Origin: an uncultured Methanosarcinales archaeon
GTDB lineage: Archaea > Nanobdellota > Nanobdellia > Woesearchaeales > ARS49
Length of the DNA: 64,000 nucleotides
Reading direction: 5' to 3'
Assembly: GCA_964497645.1 (NCBI GenBank)
Contig: CAZCCU010000001.1
Span: 32,398 to 96,397, forward strand
Each line of letters starts with the position of its first letter. The stretch's first letter is position 1. A program made the position numbers and the translations under genes. Below, piece by piece: positions 42,015 to 50,653 of the stretch. The notes below the pieces were generated by a model. The model searched no databases. It was not told the DNA's origin and saw nothing but the letters and a program-made list of their open reading frames with translations.

Positions 42015-43377
42015 CATAATAATAGGACTAGAAATCCACGTCCAGCTCAAAACAGCCACCAAACTATTCTGCAGCTGTCCAACAGAAGCAACAGAGCCAA
42101 ACACGGCAATCTGCCCAACCTGCCTCGGACACCCAGGAAGCAAACCAACACTAAACGCAAAAGCACTAGAATACGGCACAAAACTCGCGCTATCACTCGG
42201 CTGCGCAATAGCGCCAACAGTTGTCTTTTCCAGAAAAACATATTTCTACCCAGACCTAGTCAAAAACTTCCAAATAACACAATACGAAGTTCCGCTAGGC
42301 AGCAACGGACAAATCGTGCTAGAAAACAAAAAACTCATCACAATACAACGCGTCCACATAGAAGAAGACCCAGGAGCGCTAATACACGAAGCAGGAGGCT
42401 GCTTAATTGATTACAACAGAAGCGGAATACCACTCTGCGAAATCGTCACAGCACCAGACATGAGCTCACCAGCAGAAGCACGCGAGTTCATGAAGAAACT
42501 ATTGAACATTCTCGGATATCTCGGAATTTTTGACCTGAATACATGCGTCATCAAAGCAGACGCAAACGTCTCAATCAAAGAAAAAGGCTACACCCGCGTT
42601 GAAATCAAGAACATTACCGGTTTCAAAGAAATAGAACGCGCACTAAATTATGAAGTACAAAGACAAAAACAACAAGAAGTCAAAAGAGAAACAAGAGGAT
42701 GGGACGCAGACAAAGGAATAACGTATCACATGCGAAGCAAAGAACTAGAAGAAGACTACGGCTACATAGTAGAGCCGGACCTGCCCTTATTCGAAATATC
42801 ACAAGACTGGATACGAAAAGTGCAATCAACAATACCTGAATTGGCAGAACAACGCGCGCTACGCTGGGTAAAAGACTGGAAAATAGACGAAGACGACGCA
42901 CGAATTATTGCGACAGATCTTGATGTGGCAGTGATCTTTGAAACAATCGCGAAAAAAACAGATCCTGTATTGACAGCACGCTGGACAAGAAGAGAAGTTC
43001 TTCGATTACTGAACGACAAGAAGAAAGAATTACGAGAAACAGCATTCGAAGCGGCAAGTTTAACGGAATTATTCAAACTCCTGCACGAGAAGAAAATAAC
43101 AGACAGAATCGGGCAAAGAATCATAGAACAACTCGCAGACAAAAAATTCTCACCAGCCGCGTACGTCACAGAGCAAAAACTCGAAGCAGTAGCAGACGAA
43201 GGCGCATTAAAGAAAGTCTGCGAGGAAGCCATAGCCAAAAATCCAAAAGCAGCCGAAGACTACAAAAAAGGCGAAGAAAAATCACTCATGTTCCTGATAG
43301 GCCACGTAATGAAAGCCACAAAAGGCACAGCAGCGCCCAATGTGGTGAAAGAACTCCTGAAATCACTGCTGAAATAA
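42004..43377 (+). CDS. gatB: Asp/Glu-tRNA amidotransferase subunit B
   Basis: IIGLEIHVQLKTATKLFCSC, CPTCLGHPGSKP, and the C-terminal GatB/YqeY-like tail. Confidence 0.92.
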   Translation: METDIIIGLEIHVQLKTATKLFCSCPTEATEPNTAICPTCLGHPGSKPTLNAKALEYGTKLALSLGCAIAPTVVFSRKTYFYPDLVKNFQITQYEVPLGSNGQIVLENKKLITIQRVHIEEDPGALIHEAGGCLIDYNRSGIPLCEIVTAPDMSSPAEAREFMKKLLNILGYLGIFDLNTCVIKADANVSIKEKGYTRVEIKNITGFKEIERALNYEVQRQKQQEVKRETRGWDADKGITYHMRSKELEEDYGYIVEPDLPLFEISQDWIRKVQSTIPELAEQRALRWVKDWKIDEDDARIIATDLDVAVIFETIAKKTDPVLTARWTRREVLRLLNDKKKELRETAFEAASLTELFKLLHEKKITDRIGQRIIEQLADKKFSPAAYVTEQKLEAVADEGALKKVCEEAIAKNPKAAEDYKKGEEKSLMFLIGHVMKATKGTAAPNVVKELLKSLLK

Positions 43378-43462
43378 AGCATTGAAAGAATGGTCAGATG
43401 AACCGTCCGAAAACCTGAGGTAATCGAAAGTAATTTATATGCTAATTTTCAGGGAACTCTTT

Positions 43463-43930
43463 ATGAAAAAGTTGTTGATTATCATAACTCTTTCATCTCT
43501 GCTTTTATTGACAAGCTGCGCAACCGACAAATCTTATTTTAGGAAGGCGGTTGAGAAAGAAGATCCTGCATATTGTGAAAAAATAGATTCGGACGCAACC
43601 ATTCTTAGAGAAGCAACGAGAGGCGTTCCTTCGGTAATGCTTCCAATGCGAGATTATTGTTATTTTAGATTTACATCAATGGATCCGTCATCGCTTTGCC
43701 CTAAAACAGGAGTTTTCAAAGAATACTGTCCTAACGGCGTTGTAAAAACTAGCTTTTGTAAGTATGGAACCATAGAACAGGAAGGAAAAATACTTTGTGA
43801 TAATGCATTCCAAGTCTGCAACGAATTATGTCGCTATACAATAGGAGTCCAGTTCGGGCAATATGAAAATAATCAACCCATCGTCCGCTGCATGTGTGAT
43901 ATTCCTTGGGAAAATCTAGCGGTGAAATAG
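43463..43930 (+). CDS. Cys-rich putative lipoprotein (155 aa)
   Basis: MKKLLIIITLSSLLLLTSC lipobox-like signal, 11 further Cys, ends ...VRCMCDIPWENLAVK. AT-richer than its neighbours. Confidence 0.5.
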   Translation: MKKLLIIITLSSLLLLTSCATDKSYFRKAVEKEDPAYCEKIDSDATILREATRGVPSVMLPMRDYCYFRFTSMDPSSLCPKTGVFKEYCPNGVVKTSFCKYGTIEQEGKILCDNAFQVCNELCRYTIGVQFGQYENNQPIVRCMCDIPWENLAVK

Positions 43931-43957
43931 TCCTACATCCTCTACCTTTTAGGAGGG

Positions 43958-45160
43958 TTAGTTCTGCAACAACTGATCCAGCTCCGCATGCAGTCTTGAC
44001 TCGAAATCAGCGTTTCTCTCGCCTTCCAACTTTTCAGAAGACAAAGAATGCATCAATTTCTTCGCCAACTCAACATCATTCGCAGAGAATTTGAACTGAG
44101 AAGCATGCTGCTGCAACAATGAATGCTCAACCTCCTCAACATTAGCCTCCTTCACCATAATCACTTCCAAATCCTTGCTGGTGAAAGCATTCGAGTTCTT
44201 CATCACAAAATAAGCCTTCCTAGAATAAACCTCATGGAAAACATCATTCCAACGAACATCGGCAGGCCTGCCCTGGCGCAAACAACCAGAAACACGAATA
44301 GTCACAAGAGCATTTGATAACTCATTCTTCAACAATTGCTGCCTAACTTCAGCCTCGACCTCAGAAGGAGTCTTATCAGTCGCATCCAGACTAATGCACA
44401 CCGTAGGATGCACGACAAGAGGAACATGCAGCACGTTGCCATTCTCAACAATCACAAAACTGCCATGCTTCAATTTTTCAACTTCAGCAAAATTGTTAGG
44501 AAAAATCGGGCCGGGATAAACAATATTCTTGTACTTACCAATAGTCTGCCTGTCAACCACGTGCACATGACCGCCAGCATAATAATCAAAACCAGAAGGC
44601 ATCAATGAAACAGCCATCGCATCCATCTGCTCCAAATCCTTCGGCTTTAATTCAGCTAATGCGCTGTGGAACATGAAAATTTTGAAACCAGGCTCAGATT
44701 CCAGATGCTCCTTCGCAAGCTGATAATAGTATCCCTTCTCAAGACCGCCCTTCTTGCCAAGCATCCCAGTAATCTTAACACCAGTCTTCTTGTCAACAGT
44801 AAAATGCAATTTGATCCTATTATCCGGCAATTCTTCACCACGCGCAACATTAACTGCAAGACCTGCATGCTCAAGAACGTCCAACATCGTCTTGCCAGAA
44901 GGAGAAAAGTCATGACTGCCAGCAATAAAGTAAACAGGAATGTCGGCGTCTTTAATTTTTTTCAACTGCTCAACAGCCATCTTCAAGCTGTCGATGCCCG
45001 GCACTGCCGTGTTGAACAAATCACCTGAGATTAGAATAAAATCAACTTTTTCAGCAAGACACTTCCCAACAGCCATGATGAACGATTTCGTATTCGCATC
45101 ACGAAGCCGAGGCTCACGCCAGCCACCAATATGACAATCAGACAAATGAGCGAATTTCAT
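43958..45160 (-). CDS. mre11: Mre11-family DNA repair nuclease (calcineurin-like phosphoesterase)
   Basis: Phosphoesterase motifs [21 protein letters not shown] and GGHVH in canonical order. ATGA-type overlap with herA. Confidence 0.85.
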   Translation of the reverse strand: MKFAHLSDCHIGGWREPRLRDANTKSFIMAVGKCLAEKVDFILISGDLFNTAVPGIDSLKMAVEQLKKIKDADIPVYFIAGSHDFSPSGKTMLDVLEHAGLAVNVARGEELPDNRIKLHFTVDKKTGVKITGMLGKKGGLEKGYYYQLAKEHLESEPGFKIFMFHSALAELKPKDLEQMDAMAVSLMPSGFDYYAGGHVHVVDRQTIGKYKNIVYPGPIFPNNFAEVEKLKHGSFVIVENGNVLHVPLVVHPTVCISLDATDKTPSEVEAEVRQQLLKNELSNALVTIRVSGCLRQGRPADVRWNDVFHEVYSRKAYFVMKNSNAFTSKDLEVIMVKEANVEEVEHSLLQQHASQFKFSANDVELAKKLMHSLSSEKLEGERNADFESRLHAELDQLLQN

Positions 45161-46659
45161 ACAAGCTTAATCCCTCCAAAACTCTGCCTTGCTTTAGGCT
45201 TCACCACATATTCTTCATGCAAAATCTTGATCGGCGTGGCAAAACTCAAAAAATTGCTCGTCACAATAGCTTCGCCCTTGTCAAGGCTGGCGATCATTCT
45301 GTCGTCACTGCTCAAGTCCTGAGCAGCGCTCTCTATAATAGATTGACGTTCTGGCTTAAGCTCAATGCCGAGAATAATCTTGGTATTAATATTAGCAAGC
45401 ACTTCCCTTGGAATCAAAGAAGGCAATTGCGTAATAGCAAGCAAGCCAACATTGAACTTCCTTCCCTCGCGCGCAATAGTAGAAAACACATTCGGACCTC
45501 TTTCCAGCACGTCCTTGCCAAGCACGCGAGGAGCCTCCTCCAAAACAATACTCACAACAGGCTTGCTCTTCATCTCATGCAAAGAATAAGCCTTATGGCG
45601 CTCCAAAATCATATGAGCAATCATGCTTCCAATCAAAATCTCAACGTTACCATAGAAAGAACTCGTGTCAATGACAACAGTTTTTCCAGACTCAATCGCA
45701 TTAACAATATCAGGAATAGTAGTCTGGCCGGCAGACGTATCAAACACGCCATGACAAGAAATATTTTTCTCATCATCAACATCCAAACGCAACAACTGCA
45801 TAAGCGTTCTTTTAACAACAGCTAGAGTGCCCTCGTGGAACTGCTGCCGCAACTCATGCTCTCTCAAAACAGCCTCAACCCAAGAATCCTTGTAAGCCTG
45901 ATAATACGCAGTCAAGGCCTGACGCTGAGCATCAGTCCACTCGACAGCACCATCAAAATGGCGCGGATTAAGCTGGCCAAGATGAACCTTCAAAGTACGG
46001 CCGCCAGGAGGAGGATTATACGGAGTATAGTAAACAATCCGCTCACGCGCATCAGGATGCTTCTGCAATTTCTCATAATATTCATCATGAGGATCAAGCA
46101 CAAGCATTGCGCAATAATCCTTGTCAAGAGCATCCCACAACAAATTAGTCATCAACACGCTCTTGCCACGACCAGTAGTGCCGGCAATCAAAATATGGTG
46201 GCTTAAAGCCAATCTTCCATCTATTGCGACAGGAACTTCCAACACCTTAGAACCACTCCTCAGCTTGCCAAGAAACAACGGATTAGAAGGAGTCGTGATA
46301 AAAGAAACATCAGAAGCAAGAATCTCGCGCACTTTCGTGAAAAAAGTCGGCAAAGTCTTGGCAGAACGCGAATTCCTTCCAGAAATAAAAGCCAAATTCT
46401 TCAAACGCGCAAGCACATAAGTACGCAATTTAGCATCCATGAGCTCAAGTTTTTCATCTTCCTCCAATTTCAAACCGGAAATAAGCTCAAGATGCTGCTG
46501 AGTCAGCTGAGAACCATACAACAAATCAAAAGCCTGCAATAACATCTGACCATTGCCAGTCTCAGCGATCAGAAGCTCGCCTAACTCCAACGCCTGCTCG
46601 CTCTTCTGGCGGACGAGAATATTACCAAACTCTCCCCCAATAATCAATCCTTTAGTCAC
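45157..46659 (-). CDS. herA: HerA-type hexameric DNA translocase/helicase
   Basis: N-terminal barrel region ([16 protein letters not shown]...), Walker [10 protein letters not shown], Walker [11 protein letters not shown]. Confidence 0.85.
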   Translation of the reverse strand: MTKGLIIGGEFGNILVRQKSEQALELGELLIAETGNGQMLLQAFDLLYGSQLTQQHLELISGLKLEEDEKLELMDAKLRTYVLARLKNLAFISGRNSRSAKTLPTFFTKVREILASDVSFITTPSNPLFLGKLRSGSKVLEVPVAIDGRLALSHHILIAGTTGRGKSVLMTNLLWDALDKDYCAMLVLDPHDEYYEKLQKHPDARERIVYYTPYNPPPGGRTLKVHLGQLNPRHFDGAVEWTDAQRQALTAYYQAYKDSWVEAVLREHELRQQFHEGTLAVVKRTLMQLLRLDVDDEKNISCHGVFDTSAGQTTIPDIVNAIESGKTVVIDTSSFYGNVEILIGSMIAHMILERHKAYSLHEMKSKPVVSIVLEEAPRVLGKDVLERGPNVFSTIAREGRKFNVGLLAITQLPSLIPREVLANINTKIILGIELKPERQSIIESAAQDLSSDDRMIASLDKGEAIVTSNFLSFATPIKILHEEYVVKPKARQSFGGIKLV

Positions 46660-46748
46660 AGGAAAAACTCACTTTCAGCACTATATATTATTTGTGCGAC
46701 TAGAAAATAGATTTTAAAAAGAAAAAATATATTAAAGAAAAAAATAAT

Positions 46749-46982
46749 TTATCTGCGGCCGCCGCGTGCCATCTTTGCACGTGAAACATCGCCTGCCTTG
46801 TCGACAAAGTACAAGAATCCTGACTGCTTCTTAACGCCGACTTTTGCGACTTTTTCAGCTTTGCCTGCTTTTCCTTTTCGGCCGCGTGCCATCTTTGCTC
46901 TGGAAACGTCTCCTGCTTTGTCTACAAAGTAGAGATAGCCGTCTGCTTTCTTTACGCCAACTTTTGCTACTTTTTCTGCCAT
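46749..46982 (-). CDS. Small basic protein built from two tandem 37-aa repeats (77 aa)
   Basis: AEKVAKVGVKKADGYLYFVDKAGDVSRAKMARGRKGK and AEKVAKVGVKKQSGFLYFVDKAGDVSRAKMARGGRR. Strong SD (GGAGGA) 8 nt upstream of the ATG. Confidence 0.6.
   Translation of the reverse strand: MAEKVAKVGVKKADGYLYFVDKAGDVSRAKMARGRKGKAGKAEKVAKVGVKKQSGFLYFVDKAGDVSRAKMARGGRR
46752..46979 (-). repeat. Intragenic tandem duplication (~114 nt unit, two copies) encoding the repeat protein
   Basis: The two halves align along their whole length at the DNA level. The differences are scattered and mostly synonymous. Confidence 0.7.
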
Positions 46983-47078
46983 TTTTTTATTCCTCCGTCT
47001 TTTTTAGAAAGGTCTTAGAAAGTAACCTTCCCCCGTCGATATTTTTTATCTGACGATTTTCTGAGAAATGGCTGATGT

Positions 47079-47288
47079 TTATAAAGTTTTCTTTTTTCTC
47101 GTCGGTGAATGCGCTTTTTTGTTAAGTTTCTCGTCGTGAACGAACCATTGAGGCTTGAGCAATTTTCTTAATTTCTCCGCCTGTTCAAGTCCGTCTTTGT
47201 AAATGGCAGTAATTTCCTCTCTTGTCGGCACTGGAATCTTTTCCAATTCTTTTGCCCGTTCCATTGATTTCCTCACTTCTTTTTTCAT
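47079..47288 (-). CDS. Hypothetical small basic protein (69 aa)
   Basis: ATG with the TATA-like AAATTTATAAG about 30 nt upstream. No recognisable motif. Confidence 0.35.
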   Translation of the reverse strand: MKKEVRKSMERAKELEKIPVPTREEITAIYKDGLEQAEKLRKLLKPQWFVHDEKLNKKAHSPTRKKKTL

Positions 47289-47406
47289 TTGAATTGTTTA
47301 GACGCCATAATCTTATAAATTTATCGAAGCTAATGCCCGTTGGCTTAACGAAAACTATATATACTACGCCGTAGGCTAAATTAGTGTAACAAAAAAGGTG
47401 GGTTTG

Positions 47407-48036
47407 ATGCTCAAAAAAATCAAAAAATTCTTCGCAAATTTTTTCGGAGGACCAAAACAAAACTTCAAACTAGGACTCTATGGCCCTCCAAACTCAGGCA
47501 AAACAACACTGGCAAACAAAATCTGCCTTGACTGGATAGGAGAGGAAATGGGAAAAGTAAGCCCGGTCGCGCACGAAACGAGAGAGATCGGAGTTAAAGA
47601 AAACGTCACAATCAAAGGCAAAGACGGACAAGAAATCATTTTCAACCTAATCGACACGCCAGGCATCGCGACAAAAATCGACTACGAAGACTTCATGAAG
47701 TCAGGCATGTCAGCAGGACAAGCAAGAAAAAGAGCAAGAGAAGCAACCAAAGGAGTCATAGAAAGCATCAAATGGCTGGACGAAGTCGACACGGTAATGG
47801 TGGTTCTTGACGGCACACAAGACCCATACAGCCAGGTAAATGTCACCATCATCGGCAACCTGCAAGCACGCAATATACCAGTACTGATAGTTGCAAACAA
47901 AGCAGACCTGAGAAAATGCAAGGTCAAAAAAGTCCAATCAGCATTCCCACAATACGAAGTGCTTGGAGTCAGCGCCAAATACGGAAAAAACGTCGACAAA
48001 TTATACGAAAAGCTTTTCGAGCTCGCGAGGAAATAA
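47407..48036 (+). CDS. Small P-loop GTPase
   Basis: G1 GPPNSGKT, G3 DTPG, G4 NKAD, G5 SAK. ATG 47407 is preferred (SD GGTGG 6-7 nt upstream) over the listed GTG at 47398. Confidence 0.8.
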   Translation: MLKKIKKFFANFFGGPKQNFKLGLYGPPNSGKTTLANKICLDWIGEEMGKVSPVAHETREIGVKENVTIKGKDGQEIIFNLIDTPGIATKIDYEDFMKSGMSAGQARKRAREATKGVIESIKWLDEVDTVMVVLDGTQDPYSQVNVTIIGNLQARNIPVLIVANKADLRKCKVKKVQSAFPQYEVLGVSAKYGKNVDKLYEKLFELARK

Positions 48037-48037
48037 A

Positions 48038-48418
48038 ATGGTAACAATACAATTTGTACCTTACACTGAAGTCGAAAAACTAAGCGGGCTCGGCAAAATC
48101 AGAAAACTCCTAAACATCGCAAAAATGAACAAAATAGTATTATTGCAAGGGCGGCTCAAAAAAGAGGAAGAAGCAGAACTAATAAAAACAACAATGGAAG
48201 AAATCGATAAAAAATTCAAAGGCATAGAACTCGCAGTCATCAACCCAGCGCAAACCGCGAAAGAAGGACTTCAAAAATTCAAATACGACCTGCTAGGGTT
48301 TTTTCTGGGAGAAAGCCAAGGCCTGACTATCATAGGACCGTCAAACATAGTCAAAAGCATCAAAAGAGATCCCAACAAGATAGAACTTCTAACATCGGAG
48401 GCGCGCAAGCGCAGATAA
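48038..48418 (+). CDS. Conserved archaeal protein (recalled as DUF2073-like), second gene of the GTPase triad
   Basis: ATG 48038 lies 1 nt after the GTPase stop (MVTIQFVPYTEVEKLSGLGKIRKLL...). The family name is from memory and needs checking. Confidence 0.55.
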   Translation: MVTIQFVPYTEVEKLSGLGKIRKLLNIAKMNKIVLLQGRLKKEEEAELIKTTMEEIDKKFKGIELAVINPAQTAKEGLQKFKYDLLGFFLGESQGLTIIGPSNIVKSIKRDPNKIELLTSEARKRR

Positions 48419-48420
48419 CA

Positions 48421-48801
48421 ATGCCGCACCAGTGCGTCAGATGCAGCACCTTCTATGAAGACGGCGCGCAAGAAATCCTCAAAGGATGCCCATGCGGAGC
48501 AAGACTCTTCTTCTTCATCAGAAAAGAAAAACTCGAAGCAGCAAAGAAAGTCCTGCCAACAGAACTCCCACCAGCGCAGAAAAAACAGATAGAACAAGAC
48601 GTACTGAACCTAGTCGGATACAAGGAAGACCTGCCAGTTGTTCTTGATTTTGAAAGCGTAAGAGTCATCGAACCAGGCAAGTACGAGCTAGACCTCGTAC
48701 AACTATTCAAAGGAGCGCCCCTGATATTCAAGCTCGAAGAAGGAAAATACGTGATAGACATAGTGGAAAGCTTCGAACGGCTACGAAAACCCAAAAAGTG
48801 A
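48421..48801 (+). CDS. Zn-ribbon protein (recalled as DUF2072-like), third gene of the GTPase triad
   Basis: MPHQCVRCSTFYEDGAQEILKGCPCGARLFFF: a CxxC...CxC ribbon at the N-terminus. It starts 2 nt after the preceding stop. Confidence 0.6.
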   Translation: MPHQCVRCSTFYEDGAQEILKGCPCGARLFFFIRKEKLEAAKKVLPTELPPAQKKQIEQDVLNLVGYKEDLPVVLDFESVRVIEPGKYELDLVQLFKGAPLIFKLEEGKYVIDIVESFERLRKPKK

Positions 48802-48869
48802 GAAAAGTAAGATTTATATATAAGAAGCAGTTAAGAATGACTATTACGTTCAAATGAGGTGACCGTCAA

Positions 48870-49358
48870 ATGGAAGAAGAACATCGAGGAATTGCACTCG
48901 TCATTCTTGGAATAATAGCAATCATCGCAGTTATCGGCCTTGTGCTAATGTTCTCAGGAGCAAAGAAAAGCACAGGAGCCATATTCACCAGCGCAACTGA
49001 CGGTACGTACGTCTGCCCGATCGATACTGAAATCGGACAACCACAATGGTTCCCAGTATTAGCAGGACCTTACGAAAACCAGGCATTCTTACAAAGATGG
49101 ATAGCAGCAGGCTATGAATGTGTACCTGCAGCAGGCGCAACACAGTTTGACGAATACAGCTATTCAACCTGGTGCTGCAGAAACCCAGTAATAGGCCAAA
49201 CAGGCATCAACCCGCAAGTCCTAGACAGAGGAGATGTTCCACTTGACACACGCCAAGGATTTGGAGTGCCAGTAGGCAGCAACGAATACGGCGGAGCCTA
49301 CCCAAGAGAATATCCATACGGAGCAGGTCAGCAAAACCCGCCACGCCTCGGCCCATAA
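48870..49358 (+). CDS. N-terminally anchored or secreted Cys-containing protein, possible class III (pilin-like) signal peptide
   Basis: MEEEHRG|IALVILGIIAIIAVIGLVLMF: a short charged N-terminus ending in RG, then a long hydrophobic helix. SD GAGGTGA. It contains ...QRWIAAGYECVP...STWCCRNP. Confidence 0.45.
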   Translation: MEEEHRGIALVILGIIAIIAVIGLVLMFSGAKKSTGAIFTSATDGTYVCPIDTEIGQPQWFPVLAGPYENQAFLQRWIAAGYECVPAAGATQFDEYSYSTWCCRNPVIGQTGINPQVLDRGDVPLDTRQGFGVPVGSNEYGGAYPREYPYGAGQQNPPRLGP

Positions 49359-49622
49359 ATGCGTTTTTATTTTTTAATTCTTATTTCTATTTTTATTATC
49401 AGCGTAATAGCTGTATTAACAGTAAATTCTATAACAGGAAACATACCAGTCCTGAGCGAGTGCGGGCAAGGATGCACGCTGGCAAGCTACGACAGCCCTG
49501 AAGAAAAAGCACGAGTCTACAACAGATGGATAAACGCAGGCTTCACTCCTGCATTCGAAGCAACAGCGCCAGGATTCCACAACGAAGCAGAAACAGCAGT
49601 ATGCATGTGCCCTGCAAACTAA
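49359..49622 (+). CDS. Small N-terminally anchored Cys-containing protein, partial paralog of the preceding gene
   Basis: The start abuts the previous stop. NRWINAGFTPAFEATAPGF...AVCMCPAN parallels QRWIAAGYECVPAAGATQF...TWCCRNP. Confidence 0.4.
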   Translation: MRFYFLILISIFIISVIAVLTVNSITGNIPVLSECGQGCTLASYDSPEEKARVYNRWINAGFTPAFEATAPGFHNEAETAVCMCPAN

Positions 49623-50543
49623 TTATTCTTCATCGATAACCAGGCGGGAAACATTATTCGTTAATGTGACCATGTTCCTGAACAACTCAGAAATGCCCGG
49701 AGGCAATTCGCCGGCTTCTTTCAGCAAATCCTCACGCTGCAAAGCAACAGAATCAGCAAGCTTTTTATCACGCGTAAAATAAGCCTTCATGACATCCAAA
49801 TAACTCTTCTCAACCTTCTGCAAAACGCCCTTCACTTTATCCTTCTTTTTCTCCTTAATCAAATAATCAGCCAACTGCTTAGCACAATCAGCATAATTCT
49901 CAAGATTAATCGTCAGATAATAATAACTCAGCACTTTCTCATTAGACAACTGGAAAAAGTCCGCAATCTGCTTATTCTGCAATGAACTCTTCAACAAGCG
50001 CATAAGCAAGAAATACGCCCTATTGACCTCGTAATCACGCACCATAACGCTCTGCGCAAGCTCAGCATTCTCCAAAGAACCAACGCTATCCTGAATCATA
50101 CTCCTTACCAGCATATCCATACGCCTTAAAGTCTTATCAATGCTTATTTCCTTCAAGTTCAACAAATCCTTAGCAATAATGCTGTTCGTGGTCTGATCAG
50201 CAACTTCCAGCGCAACAAAATCATGAAGCATCTTACGAATATCCTTCGTAAGCCTAGTCACACTCTGCCCATTAAGCACAATAGTGTTGTAATTGTTAAT
50301 ATACGCGCTCGTAATCTCACGCTGAATAGTACTAAGGTCCTTATCGTCAATCGGAATAGTAATCTCTTTCTGAGGAACCTGCTCATCTGCTTTGCTTTCA
50401 GGAGTAACAGTGAGTTCCTTATCCCCTTTTTCATACAAATAAACCAAGTCACCCTTCTTTAGCTTATGACGATCAAGCCATTCCTTAGGAAGAGAAATCG
50501 TATGAGACGCCTGCCCAGCCTTGACTAGTCTGCGAATAATCAT
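49623..50543 (-). CDS. AbrB/SpoVT-domain plus PhoU-like-domain transcriptional regulator (paralog of 19416-20330)
   Basis: MIIRRLVKAGQASHTISLPKEWLDRHKLKKGDLVYLYE (AbrB-type) plus a helical PhoU-like region. SD GAGGTG. Confidence 0.7.
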   Translation of the reverse strand: MIIRRLVKAGQASHTISLPKEWLDRHKLKKGDLVYLYEKGDKELTVTPESKADEQVPQKEITIPIDDKDLSTIQREITSAYINNYNTIVLNGQSVTRLTKDIRKMLHDFVALEVADQTTNSIIAKDLLNLKEISIDKTLRRMDMLVRSMIQDSVGSLENAELAQSVMVRDYEVNRAYFLLMRLLKSSLQNKQIADFFQLSNEKVLSYYYLTINLENYADCAKQLADYLIKEKKKDKVKGVLQKVEKSYLDVMKAYFTRDKKLADSVALQREDLLKEAGELPPGISELFRNMVTLTNNVSRLVIDEE

Positions 50544-50653
50544 TCAATCACACCTCTTTAGTCGTACTATCGTACATACTGTACCATAAGTATATATAAA
50601 TCTTTTGCCACAATAAAATAAGACAATCACGTGTATAACAACACGAAGCCCAA

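Noticed and set aside
46749-46982. Direct repeat as a possible CRISPR array or non-coding tandem repeat
   Set aside because: There are only two copies and they are contiguous with no spacers. They lie in frame inside a clean ORF with an SD, and their differences are mostly synonymous. This is an intragenic duplication.
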